Below, in pieces: positions 1-10,662 of a stretch of 64,000 nt of DNA (the first letter of the stretch is position 1; the number at the start of each line of letters is the position of its first letter). Below the pieces are notes generated by a model that was given only the letters and a program-made list of their open reading frames with translations, was not told the DNA's origin and did no database searches. Source of the DNA: a virus; the IMG/VR virus record IMGVR_UViG_3300034062_007329, positions 14,787 through 78,786 of that record; one strand, written 5' to 3'. Both the position numbers and the translations under genes were made by a program.

Positions 1-1049
1 GAAAGAGTGTTGAAACCAGTTTAGATATAGTTGAAGGTTTCCAAGTTAATTCTGGCTATTTATCGCCACAATTTGTTACCGATGAAACAAGAGCCGTAAT
101 GCGATTTGATGATGCGCGGCTTCTTATTACAGACCATAGCATAGATAATTTAGATGATCTTTTTCCTGTTTTAGAGATTATGGCAAGAGAAAAGAAGCCA
201 TTCGTTATAATCGCTGAAAACGTAGAAGGTCAAGCTCTTGCAGCCTTGATCTTAAATGCTGTTCGTGGTAGTATGAAGATCGGCGTTATTAAAGCTCCTA
301 AGTATGGCGAGGAGCGTAGAAATATTATGAAAGATTTAGCCCTTGCAACTGGTGCCACATTCATTACACGCGAAAGTGGAAGACCATTACGTGATGCAAA
401 ATTAAAAGATTTAGGAACAGCTAAGACTGTAGAATCATTAAAGTTGCACACTACAATCGTCGGCGGTGGTGGTAATTATGAGGAAGTCGAGCGCCATATT
501 GAGAGATTAAAGCAGGAAATTTTGCAGACCGAAGACCTCGCGGAGTGCGAGCGCATCCAAGAAAGAATTACCAGACTCGCCAGCGGGGTCGCCATAATTC
601 GTGTGGGCGGTACGACTGAAGTAGACATGGTGGAGCGTAAACACCGCGTTGAAGATGCCCTTGAAGCTGTTAAATCAGCGCAACAAGAAGGTATTTTACC
701 AGGCGGCGGCGTTGCGCTTTTAAAGCTATCCAAGAATTTAGAAGAAGAAGTAACAGTAGACAACAGCGATGAACGGTTTGGTCTTAAGATCGTTCAGAGA
801 GCCTGTGAAGAACCTATCCGTAAGCTTTCTGAGAATTGTGGTGATAAGCCAGATGTTGTTGTCGATACAGTATTAAATAAATGCGGTGATGACATCTGGA
901 GTGGGCGTAATTTTTCAACTGGTGAATATGTAAATATGGATACGGCAGGGGTCATAGATCCAGCAAAAGTAACTCGTTGTGCGTTGCAAAATGCGGTTTC
1001 GGCTGCCTCAACATTATTAACTACCTCGCATGCAATTGTTGATACTTAA
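1..1049 (+). CDS. groEL: Chaperonin GroEL (5'-truncated by window edge)
   Basis: Frame open from window start (SLDIVEGFQVNSGYLSPQFVTD); GroEL motifs KAPKYGEERR, ERITRLASGVAIIRVGG, EGILPGGG, GVIDPAKVTRCALQNAVSAA. Confidence 0.97.
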   Translation, partial: KSVETSLDIVEGFQVNSGYLSPQFVTDETRAVMRFDDARLLITDHSIDNLDDLFPVLEIMAREKKPFVIIAENVEGQALAALILNAVRGSMKIGVIKAPKYGEERRNIMKDLALATGATFITRESGRPLRDAKLKDLGTAKTVESLKLHTTIVGGGGNYEEVERHIERLKQEILQTEDLAECERIQERITRLASGVAIIRVGGTTEVDMVERKHRVEDALEAVKSAQQEGILPGGGVALLKLSKNLEEEVTVDNSDERFGLKIVQRACEEPIRKLSENCGDKPDVVVDTVLNKCGDDIWSGRNFSTGEYVNMDTAGVIDPAKVTRCALQNAVSAASTLLTTSHAIVDT

Positions 1050-1084
1050 TACTATTTATTATTACAAACCGCGAGGAGCACCCG

Positions 1085-1405
1085 ATGCCATTATCAGATG
1101 AGAAAGTAATAGAATTAAATCAAAGCTTGAATGAGTTAAAAGTTAATACACATACGATTGTAGTAAAGATGGAACAAATTTATGATTCTATTGAAAAATT
1201 AGAAAAAACAGTAGAAACAATAAGCACGGCTGTCTCTTCTCAAGAAAAAAGATTAACTGTTTTAGAGCAATCAATGCCTAAAAATCTTATAGAAGATTTA
1301 GCCCTTCTTAAGAATTCTCAGGAAACATATAGTAAAATACTGTGGCTTGTCGGCGGTGGTGTTTTGGCTTCCTTAATGCAGTCTTTTTTTAAAGTTATTC
1401 CATAG
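1085..1405 (+). CDS. Coiled-coil protein with C-terminal hydrophobic helix
   Basis: Heptad-rich N-terminus, ILWLVGGGVLASLM C-terminal segment, GAGGAG RBS. Confidence 0.6.
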   Translation: MPLSDEKVIELNQSLNELKVNTHTIVVKMEQIYDSIEKLEKTVETISTAVSSQEKRLTVLEQSMPKNLIEDLALLKNSQETYSKILWLVGGGVLASLMQSFFKVIP

Positions 1406-1478
1406 CTTTACTTTTTTAAATTCTTGTGATAGATTGAAGGACAGATGAAAATCTGTCCTTTTTATTTGGAGAAAATAA

Positions 1479-3181
1479 ATGAATGCAAAAATAAAAATCA
1501 CGGTGCCAATAGATAAAGTACATCTAAAAATAGCTTCTATATTGAAAGAAGTTTGCGAAGAATTAAATATTACAGCTAAAGAAACAGCAGAAATCGCGGA
1601 ACAAACTTCAAAATCTCAAGATCTCTTACTACAGCTTGATAAAATTGATAAATTAAGAAAAAAAATGGCTCTTCTTGACTCGAACTTAGAAGACTGTTAT
1701 GATGTGATTGATGGTCTCGTAAAGTATAAAACAAACAATAAAGGGAAAGAGGATGCTAAGTCTTCAGCCGAATAGAGGAGATGTAGTTAAATTGCCTCAA
1801 GGAGTTATTGCATATCAGCTACGCGACAAAGATAAAACAGAGATGTCATTACTTTTTTTTGAAGAAATAAAAAAGCCATCAGTTGCAATTTTTGTTGAAA
1901 AATTTAATGATAGTGTTTCAAAATTGATTTATGGAGATAAAATTATTTACGTATATGACAGATGGATCTATAATTTAGAGGAAAAAGATGCTGATCAAGT
2001 TAGTTACAGTTAATGAAGAAATTGTAAATTTTAACAACTCACAGGGACATAAAAAATATTATGTTTCACAAGTTTATATTAACCCATATCACGTAGTAGT
2101 CTTGAAAGAAGATTTGCAGTATGTAGAGTTAAATGTAAAAAAGCATTTACCAGAAGGCTTTGAGAAAGACCAAAAATTTACAAGAGTTTTAATAAATCGC
2201 GGTAATATGGGCGAAGAATTTGTGGTAGTTGGAGATATAAAAGGAATTGCTTCAAAACTAAACGAGGGAATGCATGGCAATCAGACTAAGTAAAAACGGC
2301 AAGAGACTTGGAAGACCACCAAAAAATAAAAATAGTGGTGTCGTGTTCGTAAGTCCAGTAGAAATTAAAAAAGAAGAAACTTTTGTTGAGCCACCAGCTG
2401 ACGTGGATTCTGTTATAGAATGCGAATTTATGCCAATATCTCAATTTTCTCATGCCCCAACAGGAGAAAAAAAAGAAGGGCGCTATATGACCAGTATTTA
2501 TTCTATTGATGGTTTTGGAAAAAATAGATGGGTTGTTGGTGCTTATATAAAAGCCGACTTAGAAAAATATAAAATTCTAAGATGGCATGATAGTGAAATA
2601 GTTAAAAGATGCGTAAATTATCTTAATTCTATAGCTATTAATAAAAAAGGTAAGAAAAAATACGGAAATCTACAACTACATAAATTTAACAAAATTAATA
2701 AATTTGGTCAAGAAATTATAGTAGTTGAATTAATTACTGATGAAAGAAAAAACGAAAATTTCTGGGGCGAAGGAGAACGTATGTAATGCCTCCATCTAAA
2801 AAGAAAAAAACAGCAGTAAAATATTATACTATTGTATTTGAAAAATACATGGATATAGTCACGGAAGTAGACAAAACGTACCATATACTATCTGATAAAG
2901 TTAAAGAATTGGTGCAAGAAATCGATATAGAAGATTGGTACGATAGCAGCCTACCAGACTTTATTGAAATATTTTTATTAGTCGATACTTATAAAGAATT
3001 TTTGGATGACAAGATTAACAATCCTTCAGAAGAAGAGATACAAGTCACTGTAAAAAATAACATAAAAGATGTTTTATTTACTAAAGATCAATTGCAATAT
3101 ATGCAAGACTTATATTTTTCTTTAGAAATGAAAAAAGAATACTTATTATTTAAGTATAATTTTAGCTGTTCGCTAAATTAG
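1479..3181 (+). CDS. Five coupled hypothetical ORFs (1479-1775, 1753-2013, 1988-2293, 2274-2786, 2786-3181)
   Basis: Overlapping start/stop codons with RBS-like purine runs; no recognisable family. Confidence 0.6.
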
Positions 3182-3258
3182 TCCCTTGACAGCAAAAATG
3201 TATGTCTTATCTTATGATTGTCAGTGGGAAAACCGCTCTTAACCATAAGGAGAAAAAA

Positions 3259-3618
3259 ATGACACTACGTAATCCATATGAAAGATTGTTCAATGATATC
3301 ATGGGCGAATTTATCCACCCAGAGATGATTTCTGATACTTACCACACTTACTCTACAAAAGATGCTTATATTATTGAAATGCCATTAGTTGGAGCAACAA
3401 AAGAAGAGCTTAATATAAATGTAGAAGGAGACTTCTTAAAGATAGAAGCAAAACCATCTAAGAAATCAAAATTTGTTAAGAATACAGCAGTCCACTTCTC
3501 TTTAAGAGAAGATACGGACATCAACAACATCTCGGCAAAGTTAGAAAATGGTCTGCTGCTTGTGACAATCCCAAAAACAACTCCAGAAAAGAAAACAGTA
3601 AACATTAAAATAAACTAA
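3259..3618 (+). CDS. Small heat shock protein (Hsp20/alpha-crystallin)
   Basis: IEMPLVG..KEELNINVEGD.LKIEA and ISAKLENGLLLVTIPK motifs; AAGGAG RBS before ATG 3259. Confidence 0.93.
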   Translation: MTLRNPYERLFNDIMGEFIHPEMISDTYHTYSTKDAYIIEMPLVGATKEELNINVEGDFLKIEAKPSKKSKFVKNTAVHFSLREDTDINNISAKLENGLLLVTIPKTTPEKKTVNIKIN

Positions 3619-3640
3619 AACAAGATTTCATGTATAATAA

Positions 3641-3667
3641 GCGGGAGGCAGAAATGCCTCCCGTTTT
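3641..3667 (+). terminator. Rho-independent terminator
   Basis: GCGGGAGGCA-gaaa-TGCCTCCCGT hairpin followed by Ts, after Hsp20. Confidence 0.85.
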
Positions 3668-3691
3668 GCGTTATGTAAACTACTTATTTGT

Positions 3692-4507
3692 ATGATTAAG
3701 ATCAAAATAAATCACTCAAGAAATAGCCCACCAGTTGATACAACCGATGTGGAATTTAACACACAAAGCAAGATTAGCGGATTTGGTCTAACTACTCCTG
3801 ATAATGTTATTGGACCTGCTGGTGATCCTTTTAGGGCAAGTTCTGCTTTACCAAGACACGCGCTGGAAGAAGAAAGACCCGAAGATCGTCTACCAAGCGG
3901 CTACGAAAAACCAGGCTTTAGTATTTTTAAAGAAGATCATTGCGGGTGCCAATGCGAAGATTGTGCGGAAGAAGAAGGCGAAAGTGTAAAATATTTTGAT
4001 GAATATCTCGCAGAAGGTCTTGATGAATCGCTTTTATACGAAAAAAAGGATCGTTGTTATTATCAAGCTAAACAAAAATATGATGTGTTCCCAAGTGCAT
4101 ACGCTTCTGGTTATATAGTTCGCTGCCGAAAAGGCAAGGTTGGTCGTAAGCGTAAAAAAACAAAAGTAAAAGTACGTAAAAAGAAAACAAACGAGAATTT
4201 TGAGCTTGACATCGATGAACTATTAGAAGAGGGTACTTTTGATAAAGAAAAATCCCAAGGTTTGCATGGTTGGTTCGCCCGTAAAGGCGGTAAAGGCAAA
4301 AGCAAAGGCTGGGTAGATTGTAATACCTGTCGTACAAATCCAAAGACAGGGCGTAAAACTTGTAAAACATGCGGTAGACAAGCTGGTGAAAAGCGAAGCA
4401 AATACCCAGCATGTCGTCCAACTCCTTCTGCTTGTACCAGAACTGGAACCAGAAAAAAACGCGGTCCTATGAGAGTTTCTTGGAAAAAGAAGAAAAAAGA
4501 GGAATAA
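3692..4507 (+). CDS. Basic Cys-rich phage protein (FPSAYASG / GWVDC / YPACRP domains), probable virion-internal protein
   Basis: Motif set typical of T4-like/jumbo phage hypothetical proteins; ACTACTTA motif at 3679. Confidence 0.6.
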   Translation: MIKIKINHSRNSPPVDTTDVEFNTQSKISGFGLTTPDNVIGPAGDPFRASSALPRHALEEERPEDRLPSGYEKPGFSIFKEDHCGCQCEDCAEEEGESVKYFDEYLAEGLDESLLYEKKDRCYYQAKQKYDVFPSAYASGYIVRCRKGKVGRKRKKTKVKVRKKKTNENFELDIDELLEEGTFDKEKSQGLHGWFARKGGKGKSKGWVDCNTCRTNPKTGRKTCKTCGRQAGEKRSKYPACRPTPSACTRTGTRKKRGPMRVSWKKKKKEE

Positions 4508-4509
4508 AA

Positions 4510-4920
4510 ATGAAAATTTTAAAAGAAGAGTTGACAAAAATAATCGTAGAATCAATTCAAGAAGCGCTTATTGTAGAACAGATTGGCGACGAAACCGCCG
4601 TATTAGAAGACGGAACACCAGTTTGCGAAGGATGTTTGTATGAGGATTTAACATGTGGCTGCCCAGATAAGCTGGAAGAAGCAAAATATCAGGGCAGAAC
4701 TGTTCCATTAGGTAAGCCAATGCGTGGTGACGTTAAAAAGTTTAAAGTCTATGTTCGTGATCCATCGACTGGTAATGTTAAAAAAGTCAATTTTGGTGAT
4801 CCAAACATGAAGATTAAAAAAAGCAATCCAAAACGCCGCAAAAGCTTCCGCGCCCGTCATAATTGTGACAACCCAGGTCCAAGAACAAAGGCGCGCTATT
4901 GGTCATGCCGTAAGTGGTAA
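4510..4920 (+). CDS. Conserved phage protein (NFGDPNM..RRKSFRARHNC..ARYWSC..W domain) with MKI.KEEL N-terminus
   Basis: Domain recurrent in large phages; ATG at 4510 follows the previous stop. Confidence 0.7.
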   Translation: MKILKEELTKIIVESIQEALIVEQIGDETAVLEDGTPVCEGCLYEDLTCGCPDKLEEAKYQGRTVPLGKPMRGDVKKFKVYVRDPSTGNVKKVNFGDPNMKIKKSNPKRRKSFRARHNCDNPGPRTKARYWSCRKW

Positions 4921-6866
4921 AAACAATGAACAAAGAAAAATTTTATAAGTGGCTTTTTGAAGAAAAGAAAAAAGAACAAGACACAACAAAAAAATTCTTT
5001 GTTCTTGTTGGTCCTCCTGCTGTCGGTAAAACAAGCTGGATCAAGCATTTTATTGAAGAAAGCGGAGAAAGTTATACTGTAATAAGCAGAGACCAAATCA
5101 TCGAAGACCAGATATTTCCAAAATATAAATTAGCTAATAATGAACTATATGGTTTGGTGCCGCCAAAAGACGCAGAAGTGGGACAAATCGTAAACGGCTT
5201 TGAAAAATATGGTAAAGTTATAGAAGACCGCAAAGGTAGGAAAGCTTTTAAAAATATTCTTGAAGCAAATGAAGAAGTCGAAAAGCAAATCAAAAAACAA
5301 GTTGACGCTGCTCTGTCTAAAGAAGAAGAAACTCCTGACAATATAGTAATTGATGCTATTAATGGTACAGAACAAGAAAGAGCTAAAGCCCTTGGTTTGA
5401 TTACAGACCGACCAGAATACAAAAAAATAGCTGTATATTTTGAGTTTCAACCGTACAGAAAAGAAATAGAAACAAGAGCACATTTGAGAGCGCAACAAAT
5501 GAAAAAAGAATTAGGTGCAACTTTCGGCAGAGAAGTACCAAGCAAAGCGTATGATGCAATGTTTTCAAGAATAACAAAGCCACACAGTTCCGAAGGTTTC
5601 GATGAAATATCATCTTATGATAGTTTTAAGGGAGTTAAAACGCCAACAATGCAACCAACAGCAGAAAGTCTAACTTTAGGATTTAGAAAATATTTGAATG
5701 AAGAAATAAATGAAGAAAATTTTGGTGTTGTAAAAACTGGAAGTGGCTTAAATGTAAATTACGTTTTAATTGATACAAGCGCTTTACTAAAGCTGTATAA
5801 GTCATTAGACCCACAAAATCCTGACATTAGAAAAAAAGATCTAATCGATAACAATGTTGTTGTCAGCGCAATTAAAATAGCTGAAAATACTCAAGAATTA
5901 AAGGATGAATACGGTACCTGCATGAATGCAAGCCAAGTTAAGGTTTCTGCTGTTAATAAAAATTTAGCACGTAGAGGGTACGGAAAACGCTTATACAAGA
6001 TCATAATGTCTGAACATCCAGAAGGGTTATATCCTGATAGAGATTTTGTTAGCCCTAAAGCTGCGAATGCTTGGGTTGATATGTCTTCCGCTGGGGTTAA
6101 ATTTAAGGAAATTAAGGATGGGGATGACACCAGAGATGTTTTTGATGATAAAAATAATCCAAAAACACCAACACCAGAAGATGATTGTGTAATCCATCCA
6201 CGATATGACGGCGATCCTTTGAATAGAGCTTATACTCATGGAGCTGAAAATATCGATGTTTATCTTATGAAGGCTCATGAAGCCCTTGCTACTTGCGAAG
6301 AAATGATACCTGGCGGTTGGACGATTGAATCATTAGAAGATTTAATCGTTGATGCTGGTATGTCTCTTTATGATATAGCAATTGGATACGAAGGAGACTT
6401 ACAAGAGGCTCGCTTAAGTAAAGTATGGAAAAAGCGAGCAAAAGCCCGCGCTAATCGTCAACAAAGAGCTTACGATAAAACTGATTTAAAGTGGGCACAT
6501 AAACGACAATTTGAAATTCATAAAAAGTATCCAGAGCTTGAGCAAGAATATTTAAAAGAGATAGAAGCTGCCACGCAAGCTTCAAAAGCGGCAAAAGAAT
6601 ATCTTCTAAAAATTAGAGAATTAAGAAAAAAGAAAATGGAAGAAAAAAAGCAGGAAATGGTTGCTCCAACGGATAAAAATTTGAAGAAAAGACCTAAACC
6701 AGCAAACCCATACGCTGGCGAAGGACCAGAAACAAAAAATTTCCCTTATAAAAAAGCAAGAACTGGTGGTGTTGCTAAGGTTTATCAAAGAAGAGCAAGC
6801 AAGACACCATCCGCAGCCCCAGGTGAAGCTTGGGCTTTAGAAGAAGAAACCGAAAAAAAGGAATAA
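4914..6866 (+). CDS. Multidomain protein: P-loop kinase-like domain, GNAT-like domain and basic tail
   Basis: Walker A GPPAVGKT, ISRD, VIDAIN; acetyl-CoA-binding-like RRGYGKRLY. Confidence 0.65.
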   Translation: MVKTMNKEKFYKWLFEEKKKEQDTTKKFFVLVGPPAVGKTSWIKHFIEESGESYTVISRDQIIEDQIFPKYKLANNELYGLVPPKDAEVGQIVNGFEKYGKVIEDRKGRKAFKNILEANEEVEKQIKKQVDAALSKEEETPDNIVIDAINGTEQERAKALGLITDRPEYKKIAVYFEFQPYRKEIETRAHLRAQQMKKELGATFGREVPSKAYDAMFSRITKPHSSEGFDEISSYDSFKGVKTPTMQPTAESLTLGFRKYLNEEINEENFGVVKTGSGLNVNYVLIDTSALLKLYKSLDPQNPDIRKKDLIDNNVVVSAIKIAENTQELKDEYGTCMNASQVKVSAVNKNLARRGYGKRLYKIIMSEHPEGLYPDRDFVSPKAANAWVDMSSAGVKFKEIKDGDDTRDVFDDKNNPKTPTPEDDCVIHPRYDGDPLNRAYTHGAENIDVYLMKAHEALATCEEMIPGGWTIESLEDLIVDAGMSLYDIAIGYEGDLQEARLSKVWKKRAKARANRQQRAYDKTDLKWAHKRQFEIHKKYPELEQEYLKEIEAATQASKAAKEYLLKIRELRKKKMEEKKQEMVAPTDKNLKKRPKPANPYAGEGPETKNFPYKKARTGGVAKVYQRRASKTPSAAPGEAWALEEETEKKE

Positions 6867-6867
6867 A

Positions 6868-7392
6868 ATGAAAATCACAAAACACACATTAAGACAAATA
6901 ATTAAAGAAGAAATAGAAAAGCTTTTTGAAAACAAAAAAATAAAAACAGAAGATATTGCAGCAGGAATAAAAATTATAAACGAATATATTTTGCTTATAG
7001 ATAAATGCTCTCAATATAAAAAAGATGACTCTTCAAGTCTACAAATCACTATTGATAGCTTTAAAAAAGCATTAGGAAAAGGAAGCGAACTACATAAAGG
7101 TTTATTTCAAGAGAAAGAAATGAAACCAAATAGGATATATTATGTCCCCGCTAATAGCTTTAATCCATATCAAGCAGGCGTCTTCGAAAAACTTTTTGAT
7201 TTAGAAAAATATTGTATAGATTATATAAAAGGCGGTTGGGGTTTTAAGGGGTTTTTTGACTATCACCCTCATCTGTTTAAAGACAAAGGGCTCAGAGATC
7301 AAGAATCTTTTTTGCAAATTTTAAATGAATGTAGGGGCGTTTTAGAAAATTTTGCTGATCAATTTTCAACTGAAATTGATTTAGGAGTATAA
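6868..7392 (+). CDS. Hypothetical protein with MKITK..L..II.EE N-terminal motif
   Basis: N-terminus shared with 7396, 7668 and 29621. Confidence 0.7.
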   Translation: MKITKHTLRQIIKEEIEKLFENKKIKTEDIAAGIKIINEYILLIDKCSQYKKDDSSSLQITIDSFKKALGKGSELHKGLFQEKEMKPNRIYYVPANSFNPYQAGVFEKLFDLEKYCIDYIKGGWGFKGFFDYHPHLFKDKGLRDQESFLQILNECRGVLENFADQFSTEIDLGV

Positions 7393-7395
7393 ATA

Positions 7396-7650
7396 ATGAA
7401 AATCACAAAAAAATTATTAAAAGAAATGATTGAGGCGGAAATAACTAATTTAAAAGAAACTGACGACATGTTCCCAGAAATTAAGTTGGATAAGCAAGGA
7501 CAAAGTCTTCTTAGAGAAGTAGCGAATGCTTTAGGGGATGCAAACTTTTTATTAAATTATGTTAATTTTTCGACAAATGAACAGAAAGAAGCAGTAATCT
7601 ACATTAAAAATGTGCTTGAAAAAGTAAAGAGCCTTTTACAAACAAAATAA
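7396..7650 (+). CDS. Hypothetical protein with MKITK motif
   Basis: MKITKKLLKEMIEAE; AGGAG RBS. Confidence 0.7.
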   Translation: MKITKKLLKEMIEAEITNLKETDDMFPEIKLDKQGQSLLREVANALGDANFLLNYVNFSTNEQKEAVIYIKNVLEKVKSLLQTK

Positions 7651-7667
7651 ACAACAGGGATAAAATA

Positions 7668-8015
7668 ATGAAAATCACAAAACAACTGTTAAGAGAAATG
7701 ATTGAAGAAGAAATGAAAGTTATTCAATTGGGTCTTGGTCAGCCTCTACAAGCTCATGGATATATTGGCGGTGAACAAGGTATGGAAATCCAACCAAGTG
7801 AACCACAAATGGGTTATGAACAAGATCCAGATGGTTACGAAGGAAGTATGGCAAAAAATAACTTGTACAACTTAAAAAGTGATGCTATGATGCTCTGCGA
7901 ACTCATCGCAGAGGACGAGAATTTAGAGCCTTGGGTTGAGGAAAAGATCGCAGTTGCCGCCTCAATGTTAAACTCTGTGGCTCGTCACATGAAGGCAGAA
8001 AAAACAAGGATGTAA
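7668..8015 (+). CDS. Hypothetical protein with MKITK motif and EGSMAK..LEPWVEEKI domain
   Basis: N-terminal motif; C-terminal domain typical of large phage hypothetical proteins. Confidence 0.7.
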   Translation: MKITKQLLREMIEEEMKVIQLGLGQPLQAHGYIGGEQGMEIQPSEPQMGYEQDPDGYEGSMAKNNLYNLKSDAMMLCELIAEDENLEPWVEEKIAVAASMLNSVARHMKAEKTRM

Positions 8016-8528
8016 ATGATTAAGATCAGGATTGCTAATCAAAAATATTGCACAAAATTGTCTGTGTTTGATTTCGACGGAACTTTATTTAAAAGCCCAG
8101 ACAAACCAGAAGGCTACAAAGGTAACTGGTGGATTGAAGCTAAGTCCTTGAATCCGCCGGCAGTTCCTAAAAAACCTGGTGATCAATTCTGGAATTTAGA
8201 TGTCGTTGATGCCGCAATAAATGAATTAGCTAATCCTAAGAATTACGTGATATTAATGACTGGTCGTGTTGACCAGTTTTTTGAAGAACGTATAAATGAA
8301 TTAGTAAAGCAGAAGGGCTTGAACTTTAAACACGTATGGCTAAACCAATTTGGTAGAAGCACTGGTGAGTTTAAAGTAGAAAAGATACGCGAACTCTTGA
8401 AAAATAATCCTTCAATTAAAGAAATTGAAATGTGGGAAGACGAACAGGACAAGATCGAACTATATACTGAAGAATTTGGTAAGCAATATAAATTTAATAT
8501 AAATAAAATAAAAGGCAGGGAAAAATAA
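8016..8528 (+). CDS. HAD-superfamily phosphatase (Swiss-army-knife RNA-repair-like HAD)
   Basis: VFDFDGTLFKSP motif I, LMTGR motif II, FK motif III, MWEDE motif IV. Confidence 0.8.
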   Translation: MIKIRIANQKYCTKLSVFDFDGTLFKSPDKPEGYKGNWWIEAKSLNPPAVPKKPGDQFWNLDVVDAAINELANPKNYVILMTGRVDQFFEERINELVKQKGLNFKHVWLNQFGRSTGEFKVEKIRELLKNNPSIKEIEMWEDEQDKIELYTEEFGKQYKFNINKIKGREK

Positions 8529-8894
8529 ATGGATCCATTAATAGTTAATATGTTAGTAGGTATTGAACAACAGTTACGTATTCTTCATTGGCAAACAGAC
8601 AGTTTTGCTCAACATGAAGCATTTGGCAAAACTTATGCTGCTCTTGGAGATCTTATTGATGCATTTATGGAAGGCGTGATGGGAAAATATGGAAGATTCC
8701 AATTGCAAAGTAATTCTGTTCAAATCATTAATATGTCCGAATTAGATATAGCGGATTTCATTGATGGCAGCGCCCAGTTCTTCAGTGGTCTTTCCGAGCA
8801 ATTAGATCCAGAAACTGATACAGATTTATTAAACATTCGTGACGAAATGTTGGCAGCAATCAGCAAACTAAAATATCTGCTAACTCTTAAGTAA
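8529..8894 (+). CDS. Dps/ferritin-like four-helix protein
   Basis: LHWQT.SFAQHEAFG..Y..L..LID.FME and LLNIRDEM..KLKYLLTLK. Confidence 0.8.
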   Translation: MDPLIVNMLVGIEQQLRILHWQTDSFAQHEAFGKTYAALGDLIDAFMEGVMGKYGRFQLQSNSVQIINMSELDIADFIDGSAQFFSGLSEQLDPETDTDLLNIRDEMLAAISKLKYLLTLK

Positions 8895-8967
8895 TACATT
8901 CTTTACAACATAAAAAAAACATGCTATAAGTTTCTAAAGCTTATAGCTTTTTTATTGGAGAAAATAT

Positions 8968-9249
8968 ATGTGTGTAATTTGCCGTGGGCTAAAAAATCAC
9001 AAAATGACAATAGAGGAAGCAGAAGAAAAATATCAAGAGTTTTTAGAATTAGACTTGTTGGATGAAGACCATCAAGAAAAAGTCGAAGAACTAATTGCAG
9101 AAGCAGCTGATGAATTAGCTTATTGGGATCTTGCCAAGAGAGATGTCTTTAGAAGAGACTATGACGATGACATTGACGAAAATGAACTTGTGCATGATGA
9201 AGTTGACGACCCAGAAACAGATTATTCAGACGAACCAGATGATGATTAA
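8968..9249 (+). CDS. Acidic hypothetical protein with N-terminal CxxC
   Basis: ORF with GGAG RBS and very acidic C-terminus. Confidence 0.6.
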   Translation: MCVICRGLKNHKMTIEEAEEKYQEFLELDLLDEDHQEKVEELIAEAADELAYWDLAKRDVFRRDYDDDIDENELVHDEVDDPETDYSDEPDDD

Positions 9250-9948
9250 ATGAAAATAATTTATGATCATACGCATGGTTTTGGTAAAATGCGTGATCAA
9301 GCGTATATATACGCCCCAACAGGAGCCTTAGTTGAAGAAAAAGAGCATAAAGAAGCGCTGGAAACTGGTTGGTGTCCTTTATTAAATAATCTCTGGTTTC
9401 AAACAAGATCTACAAGAATAGATATAAAAAAGTATATACCAAATAAAAAGCTTTTAAAAAAAGCAAAACACATAAAACCATTTTATGGTGTATCACTTGA
9501 TAATACAAAGAAAGCAATTTTTTTTGAGATATTCCAAAAATATATTAAATACAAAAAATTTAAAAGTCAAGATTACTCACTCGACGATATAATCAATACA
9601 TCGAATGGCTACGTTTATTATGCATATGCAAATAAAATAATTGGTTTTTGTTTTTTCAAGATCTTAGCAAATAATATGTTTGCGGTTGAATTTGCTTGGG
9701 ATTATGAAGATCCGAAGCTTTCTCTTGGAAAGTTAAACATACATTTTCTTGCTTACTTTGCTAAAATGAAAAAGTATGATTGTGTATACCTTTCTTCGGG
9801 ATATGAAAGCTGCTCTATATACAAATCAGACTATGAAGGTTTCCAGTGGTGGACGGGAATGAAATGGTCAGAAGATGTTGAACACTTCAAGCGCCTGTGT
9901 TATAGTGATGATAAGGTGAAGATAGAGTTTGATTGGGAGAATATATGA
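9250..9948 (+). CDS. Aminoacyl-tRNA-protein transferase-like protein (ATE1/Bpt family)
   Basis: L..GW and RSTR N-terminal motifs; WDYEDPKLSLG, YL..GYE..S.YK..Y.GFQWW resemble the ATE C-terminal domain. Confidence 0.7.
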   Translation: MKIIYDHTHGFGKMRDQAYIYAPTGALVEEKEHKEALETGWCPLLNNLWFQTRSTRIDIKKYIPNKKLLKKAKHIKPFYGVSLDNTKKAIFFEIFQKYIKYKKFKSQDYSLDDIINTSNGYVYYAYANKIIGFCFFKILANNMFAVEFAWDYEDPKLSLGKLNIHFLAYFAKMKKYDCVYLSSGYESCSIYKSDYEGFQWWTGMKWSEDVEHFKRLCYSDDKVKIEFDWENI

Positions 9949-9986
9949 TTGACTATGCAGATGTTGTAGTAGATTTAGCTTGTTAA
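9945..9986 (+). pseudogene. purA: Orphaned 5' fragment of purA (MIDYADVVVDLAC*)
   Basis: Encodes the same 12 N-terminal residues as the intact purA at 10663; overlaps the upstream stop as ATGA. Confidence 0.9.
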
Positions 9987-10041
9987 AATGCTTATAATGG
10001 TCGTATGAACTACTTATTATATATGTCATGGAGGCTTTATA

Positions 10042-10656
10042 ATGAGTACAAAAAAATCTGGAATTTATCGTATTACCAATAAAGTAAATAATAAAATTTA
10101 TATTGGTTCTGCCTACAACTTATCTAATCGATTTTCTACACACAAATATTCTTTAAGAAATAATAAACATAAAAATCCACACCTACAAAGTGCTTGGAAT
10201 TTATATGACGAGAAAGATTTTATATTTGAAATTCTTGAAATCGTAGAAGATAAAACAAAAATTATTGAAAGAGAACAATATTATTTAGATTTATATAACC
10301 CATGCGATAATTCTATAGGCTATAATATTGCTAAAAAAGCTGGTAATACTGCTGGAGTTAAAGTATCTCTTGAAACAAGACAAAAACAAAGCGAATCAGC
10401 AAAAAAAAGACCAAAATATAAATGGACTGAAGAACAGAAACAAAATAGGAAAAAGACCCGCAAAGGTCAAGTAATGCCTTGGGCTAAATTAAACTGGGGG
10501 CTTGTAAACGAGATAAGAAAGTTGTATACTGATGGCGTCTTCCAAAGAGAAATAGCAAAAAAATATAATTTGGCACAAACGACTGTAAGTGAAATTATAA
10601 GAAATGTAATTTGGATCGATGAGTATTATGCCTACGAGCGTAGGAGAAACGGATAA
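10042..10656 (+). mobile_element. Free-standing GIY-YIG homing endonuclease (NUMOD3-like and HTH C-terminus)
   Basis: SGIYRITNKVNNKIYIGSA, R...H, EREQYYLD, GYNI motifs. Confidence 0.93.
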
Positions 10657-10662
10657 ATAATT

